Part shown: in pieces, positions 51,492 to 64,000 of the stretch | Layout of the letters: each line of letters starts with the position of its first letter | How positions within the stretch are numbered: position 1 is the stretch's first letter | Origin: Eledone cirrhosa | Taxonomy: Eukaryota | Reading direction: 5' to 3' | DNA: 64,000 bases | Assembly (NCBI GenBank): GCA_964016885.1 | Contig: OZ024746.1 | Location: 42,222,001-42,286,000 of the forward strand | Position numbers and translations under genes: made by a program | The notes under the pieces: model-generated | The model's database searches: none | What the model was told of the DNA's origin: nothing | Seen by the model: the letters and a program-made list of their open reading frames with translations, nothing else

Positions 51492-53308
51492 CCTATTCTG
51501 TAGTCCTTTATAATTTCTCTCCTCTCCTTGTTCTTCATACAGGTATCAACCAACAAAAGTTAAAGTTGAGTTCAGCTGCATTAACCTCCCCAGACTAGGA
51601 AAATCTAAAAGGAACAACACAACCACACTTCCTTTTCTATCTCAATAGAGAACCATCCTCATTGTTTTATGTCTAATGTTTCATACTGGTATGAGTTAAA
51701 AGAGTCTGCTGAAGCACAGCATCCTGTGGTCTTTCATCATTTGACATCACAATTACAGAGTAAACCACAAATCTTTCTGGTTGTGCAAAAAGTACAACAT
51801 TCATAATTGCATTATACCAGGTATATCAGAAAAGTTACAGAACATAGTGTGCTGTGTGAGCTATAAGAGAAGTAAAAATTAGCAGGTTCCGTCACTATGT
51901 GACATAATATCTAGGGAGTGTATAACTGTGATCTCAGCTCTCTGCAGGCATTTGTATGTTTTTTCATGTGCATTTGTTAACAGCTCCTCAATTTTAGACC
52001 GTCGAGTGATGTATTTGTAGTTTGGATTTGAAATATTTTTTTCGCGACTCTAGTCCTGTTTCTTTTCTGACATACCTCGTATATATAAATGTAATAGTGA
52101 CTTTGCTATATAAACCTAAAACTTATATGGATATTGTATTTTTTATATTATCAACAGCGATGGTTCTTTCATATGTTATATCATACCATATAACATCCAA
52201 TTCTAGATGGATTCTTCTTTTTTTATTGTTTTTCTGTTGTGTTATTTTTTCACCTAAAAAATTTCATTTATATTCCATATGTATCACTATGTTAGCTTCC
52301 CTAATTATCACTCCGGACATCTCTTTCATTTTCTTTTTTTCTTTAACAACAGAAGGAAGGAAAGAAGCTGATTGTCAGGCAAGATGAAGGAAATTGTTTC
52401 CATTGGTCTTTCCATTGCTGATCACAAAACTGTCGTCCCTTTCCCAGTAACAGGGAGTAGGATTGGTATAAAACTGAAAATGATACCACAAAAAGATAGC
52501 AACCAATACTAACAATTCTGCCAATCTACCATCTACCTGGGAAAGATAAAAGGGAAAGTTGACCTCAGTAGGATTTGAATTCAGAGTAATGAGAGACAGA
52601 ACAAATATGGGCATTTAATCCAACCATCTAATGACTAAGTCAATTTTCTTCCTTTTTAATTTTAAACCCCCAAACCACATCAAAATTCTTTCAAGACTGA
52701 TGCATGTAATAAATAATGTGTAAAATTTTCAGGTTGAAGTGTTAAAATTTGTAAGAACAAACCAAATTTACTTTTATTGAAACAAAATGTTTAAATTCTG
52801 TGCAGTAATAATTCTGGACCACAAGACTGAGCTCACATTCTACTCAAGTTGTTTTATTATGTTTCTAAGCAATCCATTTCCTTCTGCATTTTTCAGTTTC
52901 ATTAGTGCTGTAGAATAGATCCTTCTGAAACTGTTATCTATGATAGACCGATTTCCTATCCAGGTAGAGATTTATCTCTTATTAAGTTGTATCTACTCAA
53001 TTCAGAGTTAGGCATTAACTTTATAAGTCCCTTTTATCTCATAGAATAATTCTTTGTCCTTCAAAATGATTCCTTTCAGATATCTACAATCTATTATCTA
53101 ACACCAATTTAGTGTTATTAAGATCAACAGAACCTCATATAAGTACGATAAATAACACTCATCTATTCTCTTCCATTCTTTCCTTCTTTATACTCTTTTC
53201 TTCCTACTTTTAGCTTGCTTCTTCATTCTAATCTCTTAACTTGTCTTCTTCTAGCAAGCTTGTTGATTAGATTCATTGGCAGAGAGACTCCTTCATTATA
53301 TTCATAAT

Positions 53309-53487
53309 TGTTTCTACTTTTGGCACAAGGCCAGCAATTACCCAGTACATTACTGGTACTTTATTTTATCGACCCCCGTAAGGATGAAAGGCAAAGTTAA
53401 CCTCGACGGGATTTGAACTCAGACCGTAAAGGGACGTAACTATGCTGGAAAGCATGGCGTCCGACTCTCTACCGATACTGCCAATCC
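53309..53487 (-). mobile_element. Young-looking S1 SINE with 8-bp TSD
   Basis: ttcataat is duplicated at 53301-53308 and 53488-53495; A box tggcagtatcgg, B box gagttcaaatcc. Confidence 0.9.
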
Positions 53488-55419
53488 TTCATAATACCTT
53501 GCCACAAGGCTTCTTTCGGTGGCTTCAGTTCGAGTCTTTGTTTCCAACTGAGTACTTCATTATCATAACTAATCTAATTAAAATTTAAAATTTACAATTC
53601 CTTATGTCATGACAAAAATTAATTAAATAAAAAGAAAATATCTTGATAGTACGATGTTTTATATTCCTTAGTAGTTGAATATCTTTTAGATATGACTCAT
53701 GCATGCTGACAAATGCATACAAAGATATTCTGAAAACAAGGCTAATGCTTTATTGCAATTGCTTGAACACCATGCATTCTTTCAATAATGCTCCATGTTA
53801 ATCCAACAAGAAACAAATATCTGTTTTGAGAATTATACTAAACTTGGAAATTATAATTTTATATTCCTTTGGCTAATGGAACTTTTATAGACAATGAACT
53901 AACTTTATTATATTTTCATTCAATCTTTTTGTACATTATATGCCTTAACATTTTGCATTCTCATTTTTCTTTTATAGAATTTCTCTTTGAAAATAGTTTT
54001 TATCTGGAGGAGTGATCAAATGGGTTTAGATATTCTACCATCTGCCAATAATTTTTATAACCTAACTCAATCAATTGTGAAAGAATATTAAGAAGACATA
54101 AAAAAAAGAAAGCCTCAAAAGAAAGAACAGTAAGTTTCATTTCATGCAATATCCTGCATTAATAAACTGAGATGCCTTTAAGGTGCATTAATTCTTGTGA
54201 GAACTGATTAAAATAATTTCATTGTAGCAACATAAAATTGGAGTTTCCCTCACAGTTCTGTTGTTGGATACTTTATTGACTAGAGAAGACTAATATCTCA
54301 ACAAGGTTAACATGCTATTAGATTCTGAAAGATCAGGCTAAATATATCTCAACTAGACTATCATGTTATTGGATGCTGAAATATTTGTAACTTGGAATCT
54401 AATACTTACATTAGATGATTGTAGAATTTTACTTGAGGCAATTTAAAGATATTAAAAGTAAAATGCCCTCTTCTCTTATTTAATGTCACACTTATGCTAA
54501 AGCTAACTGTCATGCTTTTATTAATGTAAATATATAGCTCTAATAAATTCCCTTCCTTAAAATTACGAAAAAAAAGTCTAATAAAATGAACAATAATCAA
54601 TCTGTTGGATACATTTCCATCTCTACACTAACAACAGAAAACTTTTGCTCAATATTGATTATGGCCACTACCTCATCTACTCTTCAAGGTACAAATCTCT
54701 CATCTTCTATTTCTACTCCAAGTTGCACTTAATATTCCAACTTGTTTTTGAAAGATGGTATCTAATTTCTTTATCACTTTCCTCTACCTCCTAAGTAACA
54801 ACAACAAAGACTTCTGATTACTCTAGCTCAAAGTCTCTTTTCTCCATTCTGTACTGTCTCTGAATTTCATAAGTATGCAGCATTTGTTTGATCTCTGATC
54901 CTGCATTGATGTCATCAATCTTATCTCATTTATCTTTCTGAACACATCCTCCATAGTCACACTGATGGTAGAAAGGCCAAATCATAAGCTATTTTGATTT
55001 GGCTGCATCAGTTAATATCTCTTCTTATACACATCCCTGTTTATCAAATAGACTCTCCAAAAGCACTTCAATTCTTCTTTTATTTTCAAAGTCAATCTTT
55101 TTGGTTTTCTGTGGACACCATTTACACAACCAGATACCACAAACCCCCAAGCCCACAAGTATTTCTTTTGTAGCTGGACTGATGTTATTTCTTTTGGTTT
55201 CTTACTATGAGGTTCTCTACTCTGTGGAATCCTTCTATCTTTTACTCTATATATTGCACTCTCATTGATAGTGCCACCATAGTTGTTGCATGTTTTGTAT
55301 TGCACACATGCAACAAAGCTCCTAACATATATATTTTCACCCTTTTTTGTAAGAGACCATATTTGTTTATCATCAAATTTACTTGACAAAAAGCTACAAT
55401 GATTGTGGTTTGAAGACAT

Positions 55420-55880
55420 ATCATTATCATCATCATTTTACATCTGCTTTTCCTTGCTTGTAATGGTGGGATGGGTCCTCTTCAGCACAGCATCTCTCTA
55501 TTTGTCACAGTCCTTCATCATCTCCTCTGTGACCTTCAGCAATCTGAGGTCAGCTCTCACCACCTCCACCCATGTTTTTCATGGTCTTGCTCTACTGCGT
55601 CTGCCTTCCACCCAGCACTTCTTCACCCAACGGTCATCTTCCATGCACATCACATGGTCATACCAACGCAGTCATCTCTCCCACACACTACAGTTTATCC
55701 CTCTTATACACAGTTTCCCTCTCAACTTGCCTATGCTTGGTTGTTCAAGCACATTGTCATTGCACATTCATCAGAGCATGCTTGCTTCATTTCTCACCAG
55801 CTGTCACATATCCTCTGCAGTTGCTGCCCATGTCTCACTACCATACAGCATTGCGCATCTCACACAGACATCATATGTAG
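55420..55880 (-). mobile_element. RTE 3' fragment (same family as 2224-5310)
   Basis: Colinear with 2224-2645; (CAT)n tail at 55420-55437. Confidence 0.9.
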
Positions 55881-56008
55881 CAGATTAACCATCTACTACA
55901 TACAGATACTAAACATTAAAATATGAAACTGCTGGCTCTCAAATCACTGCTATAGCTTCACAGCTATAATAGATTATAGATCATTGTACCTATATATATA
56001 TATGGTGT

Positions 56009-56044
<36 letters not shown>

Positions 56045-56714
56045 AAATATATTATTGAACTATGATTTTTGAAATATACTTTTATGTATTAAATTTTAAA
56101 ATGCAAAGGAAAACGAGAAAAAAAATAGTGAACATAAAGTCATTTAAGCTACATAACCTTGCTATGGTCCAAGTATATTACTATAATGCTTCTGGCTCTG
56201 CACCATTTCTCACATGGTTCATTAGTTTTTCATAGTTTGATGACAGTATTTTCGTCACCCTTGATTTCAAGCTCAAATTTTATCAAAGGCACCTTTTATT
56301 TCTCGAGTGTCGATATAATAAACAGTATTGTGTACTGGAGTCAAGTTAATCAACTGTATCTTTCATCTAGAAATAACTGGCTTCTTGCCCATTCAGAGTA
56401 AATCAATATTATGTTATTGTTTTTGGTGATGGCGAATAGTCAGTAGCCTTAGTCATCTACTAGATGTCCTAATATTTATAGCTTAAAGCACGTGGTCCCC
56501 AATCTGAAGGAGTAAGTTAATTTCTTACTGCCTCTTAGAACTGTTCAAGTGAACACACAAATTTCCTAGCTGGCTTGTGAATACTTTGAATATAGTAATT
56601 GACAAAAGCAATTCCCTTCTTGATAGTTGAATTCAAAACCTTATTCCCTTATGATGTATAATTTCAGTGGGAACCATCATCTTACAAATTAATTTACTTA
56701 GTTAGATACAAATT

Positions 56715-56910
56715 ATTGTTTCTGATTTAGGCACAAGGCCAACAATTTGGGGGGAAGAGAAAGTCGATCCCAGTGCATTGCTGGGGCTTTAATATCAAAC
56801 CCATAAGAATGAAAGACAAAGTTAACCTCAGTGAGATTTGAACTCAGAATGTAAAGGGCCATAACTATATGTCACAGAGCATATTATCCAACGCTCTACC
56901 AATTCTACAC
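56715..56910 (-). mobile_element. Older S1 SINE
   Basis: ggcacaaggcc..gaatgaaagacaaagttaacctc..gatttgaactcagaa on the plus strand. Confidence 0.75.
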
Positions 56911-57900
56911 CATTGGATAGATACTAATAATAATACATTATATAGTTAAGCATTATTTCTAGGTTGAAATTATTCCAAAATTAATTTAATATAATTTAGC
57001 TATACTAAGCTCTATGACTCTGTGTGCTGACCATAAGATCATAAATTTGAATATTACAATATGCACTGAGCAACATTCATATTGCATTACTTCAGTTTAC
57101 TTGATTCACAAAATAAACTTCATTTCTAAAAATATTCAGCTGAGCAGCATATGAGTATATATGGAATCCAGCTAGCAAACAAAACCTTGCTGTATTCAAA
57201 ACATAAAATTAAACTACTCAAGGTTTAGGGAAACAATTTCACACATGATCTTCAAAAGTCAAACAACCAGTAACTTATTAACTTTACCTCCAATGATCAA
57301 TTTTAGAAGCTCAGGAAAGTTTGTGGTGATGATCCCTCCATTTGAGACTAATTTATTAACAAAACATAATCTGTAAGAACTTGTAATAGTACAGTAGCCC
57401 CTCCTAATACTTGTTACATTTTCTTTATTTCATGTTTGTTTTCATGTGTACACATTTATTAAATAGAACTATATCCGATGAAGAATCTTAGTTTAATTCC
57501 TTAATTTATGGATAATATAATATTTAAAAACACATTTATTTCTAATTATCGTAATTAATTGGTAGAAGATTTCCATGAATTAGAAAGAATATGACATTTA
57601 GCTGGCCAATTATTGTGCACAGCTAGTCACTATATACAGCTAAACTTCATACACTAACAACTGAATGTAAAGTATTAACAAATATTGTACTACAATGATG
57701 AACACGATGGTAACCATCCTAACTCTCAACAATCAGACTGAAAACTAACATCGGGCTGATAGCTTCATAATGTTATACTTAGACATTAATAAAGGTATGT
57801 TCAGTTGATTTACAGATAAGAATTTATCATAATCCTATTTGTCTACTTTAATATATACAAATGAGTGTATGTCTGTGTGATAATGTCAGTTGATATATAT

Positions 57901-58208
57901 ATCATCATCATCATTTTGCGTCCGCTTTACCCCGCTTGCATCTCTACATTCATCACCATCCTTTGTCATCTCCTCCATGAGCTTCAGCGATCTGAGGTCA
58001 GCTCTCACCACCTCCCGCCCATGTTTTTCGTGGTCTTTCTCAACTGCGTCTTCCTTCTACTGGGATTTCTTGGCACTTCTTTACCTAACAGTCATCCTCC
58101 ATGTACATCACATGTCCAACACAAACGCAGTCTTCTCTCCTGAACACTACAGCTTATCCCTCTTATACACAATTTCTCTCTCAACTCGTCTATGCTTGGT
58201 CGTTCATA
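57901..58208 (-). mobile_element. RTE 3' fragment (same family)
   Basis: Reverse complement of about 60-398; TA tracts at both junctions. Confidence 0.9.
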
Positions 58209-59004
58209 CATATATATACCTGTATATATATAAAGGACTAGTGCTCAAAATATTAAGATTGTTTTCTACTATATCAAGCATTAAATTAATATATTTCTTC
58301 ACTGACTGTCATTTGCTTTGTTATTTCTGTTTACTTTTTGCATACATAAACACACACACATACACACAATATAAATTTTTTAATGCTAAATTATTAATAA
58401 CAATATACTACATTTGCCAGCCTATTGGACACCCCTTTGCATAAGATGCTGTTTTATTATAAGATGCTCATGTTTTATTATATTTTACATTATATTTTGA
58501 CGTTTATAAGCATTTTTATGGACCACCTCCAATATTCACAGTTTTTCACTCTTCACGAGTGCTCTAGGAATGTAACCCTAATGAATAATGGAAGACAACT
58601 GTATATGTATATAGTGGTAGGAAAGTCTCAGGAGTGCTGGGCAGCAGAGGGTCTTCAGAGAAGAAATCCCTTCAAGTGAGTGTTTTGGCCCTAATATATT
58701 GGTGTGTGTATATGAATGTGTGCACTTGTGTGTGTCATTTACTGCATACATTTTCATATCAACACCTTTTAGAGCCAGTGACAATGTTTATGACCTGCAG
58801 AATAGCAGTTCTACAAAGATAAACAATATATAGCATACTTAAAAATAAAGTATAGTTAGACCTCCAGAAGGGCATCAGGCAATAACAAAAAGGGTCTAAA
58901 AGTGTTATCCAATTCATACCAGCACGGAATGCAGATAATAACAACAAAATGAAACAATATATATGTTTGTATGTGTGTATAATAATAATGAAATTATTGT
59001 GTAA

Positions 59005-59355
59005 AGTGCTCAGGTGCACTACAACTCGTCAAAGGTGCATGTATAGAACATAGAATAATATACAAATGTCAGGGAAGTGAATAGTGTATGAGTCATGATA
59101 TAAATGTGTGTATGTGTATGGAGGGGGAATATTAGGTGTAGTGTTGGCAAATCTCAGGAAGCATGGAGGTTTTAAAGGATGCAGTGTTTCGACAGCTAAC
59201 AACTGATGCAGGTAGTTTGTTCCATGCTTCCGAAAGTCGTGGGAACTGTGCTGTTTTCTGACTTTGTGGGCATACCCACGTGTGTTGGACACATGGAAAT
59301 CAAAAAGGTACTCAGGGTTGTTGTTGGCAAGATGGTTAATAATTTTGTGGGTGTT
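59005..59355 (-). mobile_element. CR1/L2-like LINE 3' end
   Basis: Minus strand HKIINHL..LFDFHVSNTRGYAHKVRKQHSSHDFRKH, then WNKLPASVVS..SFK, the typical TRGH..R..WN.LP terminus. Confidence 0.75.
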
Positions 59356-59985
59356 TATATATATATATATTTGTGTGTGTGTGTGTGTGTTTGTAGCGAT
59401 GTTAATTGGCATACATATGCTAATTTGATTGAACGCATTGCAAGTTCTTCCTTGAGAGAAATTAAATCATGCATTCTGCTAACCATGTAAATGTTCAACT
59501 ATTATACTACAAAGATATCCTCATAAATTAAATTTAAATATTTACAAATGTATTGCAGCATACACCCACAAACACACATACACACACATGCACACAACTA
59601 TAAACAAACGTTCACACACACACACATGTACATTCACACACACATACACAACTCTAAAACAAACCAAATGGGGATACAGTTAAGAGATATAAATGTTAAG
59701 TAAAGTAAAATTCTTCCAACATTAGTATATGTTAGAGATCTCATATGTAAATTATAGAGAGCTCATATTATGGGGAACTCTTCCAATATAACAAATGAAA
59801 AGGAAATATTTTACAAGGAACAAACATAATTCTCTTGTATTTGTTAACTTACCAAAAGCATCTAACAAGGTTTGATTAACTGCTGTTTGAGAGGAAATGA
59901 GAAAGCCTAGTATAAATGAATGGCTTGTGATTATTACAACAATGTATGAATGGAATAACGGTTGATTTGAAATTAGTTTTATTCT

Positions 59986-60031
59986 TAAGATGGAATTTAA
60001 GATGGAATTTAAGATGGAATTTAAGATGGAA
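59986..60031. repeat. 12-bp tandem repeat (ttaagatggaat), about 4 copies
   Basis: Read directly from the sequence. Confidence 0.9.
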
Positions 60032-60261
60032 GTGTCCATGAAGCCTCTAAGCTCAAATAATTTTCAGTTTATCTTGGTCTTTATAAGCATCATTGAATCT
60101 TTTAATACTAAATGGCTTCCAAGCTTCTCTATAATGAGAAATCTGAGGGTTGTTTTGATTCATAAGCTACAAGAGAAGATTGCAGAAAATAAATATTGTG
60201 AAAACTAAATAATAGGACACCCATTGGCAAATAGTATAGGGAAAAATCTAAAGATGGTTAA

Positions 60262-60308
60262 TAATGATGATTGACAATTAATCAAAGATTAATTGTCAAT
60301 CATCATTA
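60262..60308. repeat. Perfect 22-bp inverted repeat with 3-nt loop
   Basis: taatgatgattgacaattaatc-aaa-gattaattgtcaatcatcatta. Confidence 0.95.
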
Positions 60309-62441
60309 GTGTTATTAGTGATTAATGACCATTTTTTCCATGCTTACATGGGTTGAGATGAAATTTTATTAAGATAGGTTTTCTATAGGCAGATTCTATG
60401 CTTGATGATAACCCATAATGTTTTTTTTTAAGTATATGTCAGTAATGGTTGTGGAATACTATGCAGTTAGACATAATTTGAATGATATGTGTTGAACATA
60501 ATTTTATGACTGTACAACTAAACACCAAGAAAATGTTCAAAAGAATAGTTATGTTTGGTAATACAAGGAGATTTGATGTAACACAATATAAATGAAGGAT
60601 TGTAAAGGTCTAGACATACATGAGATTTTCATTAAAGTATTGCCCTTCATAAAAGATATGGAGTAAACCTTTTAAATTACCAGTATGAGGGAAAAGGTGT
60701 TACTGCAGCAGTCATTGATAGTGTAGAAAATGTTGCTGTTAAGCCTCCAGTTAACCCTGATTGAGCAATCATATGATCACTCTATATGGCCATTCTATAC
60801 TTTTTTTCAGCATTGCACATCTAGAGTCATTATCCAATATAATCTCTTTTCAAGACACTAGTGTGTGATCTGAGGAAGATTTGACTGCTGTCTCTAGCAG
60901 ATCAAGCAACGATGTAGATACCCTCATTTTGACATATAGTAGTGATGACTGTGAAAGGTGGTTTGTAAATGAAGCAGAAATCTGAACTTGACACAGTACA
61001 GGAAATACAATCATTTGATACTGTAAAGAGATTTCATATAGTAAGGAAAACTTTTTTACACATACAGAGACACACATACATACACACATAATCGTACACA
61101 AACTACATATACACACACACATGCACACACACACATACACACACAAAGATACACGTTCTCTTTTTCATTCTCTCACACACACTTGCATAGATATTTAGCT
61201 TCTAAGACTTGTATATTACATATGCCTCATACTTTTAAAACACAGAAAAGATGGTGATAAGAGTTACACCCAAAGTATGTTTGAAAGATATAGATTTGTC
61301 TTGACTGCATGGTAGAATTTAGTGTCACTCAAATGACAGCTTTTGCTTTCAAAGAGGAGATAATGCCAGTTATAGATTTTAATGGTGATTTAAAAGAAAT
61401 AGATGATAGCTATGGAATTGTGCACTGAGTGTGGATAAAAGGATAGAACTTTAGGAATGGCATGAAAGATGTGCATCATATTCTTTTATTTTTAAGAAAA
61501 AGAAGAAATGGAAAATAATAATGACTGTAATGGAGAAAAATATAAATATTGATTGTTGTAGAAGACAGTAAAAGTATTAAAACTCAAGTTATCACATGCC
61601 TTCACCAATGACCAAGCAGTTATTTGCAAGCCAATGTTAGAGATAATTTATACTTAGAGTATTGGAATTACAAATAGAAAAAAAAAATGAATCAGAAGAA
61701 ACTTATAGTAAAAAAAAAATAAAAAATTTAAAAATGCTGCTATTGTAATAAAACATTAGCTTCTAGAAGCTACTAAAACGTCTAAATAGAGTTGCAGAAT
61801 AGTAAACATAAGAATTTGAGAAGAATGAACTGAAACATTTTAAGGACAGATGGTTGAAAAGCCATTTTGGATCAAGATGTAGACAGTAAAAGAATAATAT
61901 TTCCTAAAAATATTGCATGCTTTCCCTCCCCAAAAAGATTGCAAAGCAGATAGCAAGAAATAGAGAAAAATATAGATAAAACGATGGAAAGAAATGTAGG
62001 GGAAAATATATCAGAACAGTTTGAAGGACAGAAAAACATGTCAAAAAGTTTTGGTCGGAAAAAATAAAACGTCTGAGGAATTCTGTTTCAGACTGTTGGT
62101 ATATCTGGTGTAGTTTTGTCATAAATCAGTCAAAAGTTTGCCTCACAAAAAACAGCCAGAGATGAAATAGCACTTAACAATAAATTTGATCTCAATCTAA
62201 ATTCCTCATCTGTAAAGTATAGAGAAATAGATATCACACTTATTACATTGCTTCTTTACAAAGGACATGAGAGTTTTCTACAGTAGAATTTAGAGATTTC
62301 TGACATTTAAAAAATGTAGTTGTGATAAACTTCTCTAGCATAAGTTATAGGTATTTGCAGAAACACCACCCTGGGGTGGGGGCAGGGGGTGGTCTGTTTG
62401 TTTCTATAATATACATGTATATATATATATATAAATATATA

Positions 62442-62474
<33 letters not shown>

Positions 62475-62476
<2 letters not shown>

Positions 62477-62655
62477 CATCATCATCATCATCTTCATCAT
62501 CATTTTATGTCCACTTTTCCCTGCTTGCCAGGGTGGGACATGTGCTCTTCAGTACAGCAGCTCTCCATTCATCATGGTCCCTCGTTATCTTTTCTGTGAG
62601 CTTCAGTGATCTGAGGTCAGTTCTCATCAGCTCCACCCATGCTTTTCGTGGTGCA
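62475..62655 (-). mobile_element. RTE 3' fragment (same family)
   Basis: (TA)n then (CAT)n ttttatgtccacttttccctgcttgc..gatctgaggtcag. Confidence 0.9.
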
Positions 62656-62860
62656 GGCCATTTTCAATATTTCAAACTTGTTGCTAGAATTTCATCTCTG
62701 CACCAGGTAATGTTGTAATGTACTAAAATGTACTAATGTTGTAATGTACTAAAAGAGTAAAAAAGGCCTTAAAATGCTCAAAGAAGTTACATCTGTAAGT
62801 CAGTTATACTATAAGATGAGTTTCCATAGCTAGCAGACAATTGGAAAATAAGAGGTTTTA

Positions 62861-63080
62861 CCCTTTATCATTTATATTACTCTATATTTACTATGTATTT
62901 TTACAGTAAAGGCTTTACCTCACATAATTATCTCACATTATATCGAATCCACGAGATTCTGATATTATGTATTTTGAGAATAACAGCTTAACGCCAGTAT
63001 GAGCGGCCGGTTATGTCCGGTTTGAATAAAAAGAGGTAAGAGAATTCTGGCTGGATATGGGTAGTTTAAATGCTAAAGGG
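62861..63080. mobile_element. piggyBac-type MITE (copy 2)
   Basis: ttta|ccctttatcattta ... taaatgctaaaggg|TTAA; colinear with 43324-43533. Confidence 0.85.
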
Positions 63081-63597
63081 TTAAATATACCTAACATCCT
63101 GAAGATAGGATAGAAAGCGTAATCAGAAGAGCATCTGTATCAACATAAATCACGATTGTATAGAAATATATGTACAGAATAGCATGGATAGATTTGTAGT
63201 AGAATCATAGAAGTGTTGTTCAAAACTTATTTTTTAACAGAGCCTTACAAAAACGAAAATAAATATATAAAACCATAAAACACATTTTGAATAAAATATC
63301 TCCACTAAAGAGATATAAAGACATCTCCCATTATTCTTTCTACATAGTAACAATTGCTTCTCTGATGACAAGATGTCAACATGGCCATTACAGACAATTT
63401 TGTAATTAGTACACTAGACAGAGTAGGTAAATAGAATAAATTAGAATAATATCAATATCTTCATGTGTGTGTCTGTGTACAAGAGTATGTTTATATATAA
63501 ATATATGAATATATATATATGTTTGTGTGTGTATGTGTGTATAAATGTATACATATATTATATATATATATATATATGTACACACACACACACATAT

Positions 63598-63645
63598 AGC
63601 AGGGAAAGTGGACGTTAACATGACAGTGATGAGGATGATGTTGAT
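63598..63645 (+). mobile_element. RTE tail-only insertion in a TA/CA tract
   Basis: agcagggaaagtggacgttaacatgacagtgatgaggatgatg. Confidence 0.7.
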
Positions 63646-63745
63646 ACATATATATATATATACATATACCTGGTATCCCAAAAAGATGTATACACACTTC
63701 AACAGCATTCTAATAAAAGTGTGTATAGATCTTTGGGGACTCCCT

Positions 63746-63799
<54 letters not shown>

Positions 63800-64000
63800 G
63801 ACTCTTTTCTTACTATATCATGTTAAAATAATATATATCTTCATTTAACAGTATTGTTTCCCTGTGTTTGTTCTCTCTTTTTACTTTTAACATATATATA
63901 TATATGTGTGGTGTGTGTACATTTCTTTATGACAAAAAATACACATCCAGGACCTAAATAGGTTTATCTTTACAAAGAATCATCAGCAGGCAATTGGTAA

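Noticed and set aside
53420-53487. tRNA gene
   Set aside because: The A and B boxes belong to a SINE head with body, tail and TSD; no full cloverleaf is evident.

Overview
AT-rich, repeat-dense eukaryotic genomic DNA with no intact protein-coding gene that I can recognise. The SINE/LINE repertoire and microsatellite load resemble an octopus (coleoid cephalopod) intergenic or large-intron region; the taxon is inferred, not verified. Retroelements: a near full-length but frameshifted RTE LINE (2224-5310, minus strand), many RTE 3' fragments, R4/Dong-type LINE fragments embedded in (TAA)n, CR1/L2-like relics and several tRNA-derived SINE families. DNA elements: a decayed piggyBac transposase, two piggyBac-type MITEs, a decayed mariner, two abutting non-autonomous Helitrons and a hAT MITE with an 8-bp TSD. 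Also present are a 37/79-bp higher-order minisatellite, several hairpins and many microsatellites. Most ORFs in the supplied track are microsatellite or antisense-TE artefacts. I did not find a convincing novel multi-gene system. The most interesting signals are element-level: apparent (TA)n targeting by one RTE family, including a tail-to-tail palindrome; SINE/Dong co-clustering in (TAA)n; a minisatellite arising inside a retroelement; and several long inverted repeats. All coordinates were read by eye and element edges are approximate unless a TSD or TIR is quoted.
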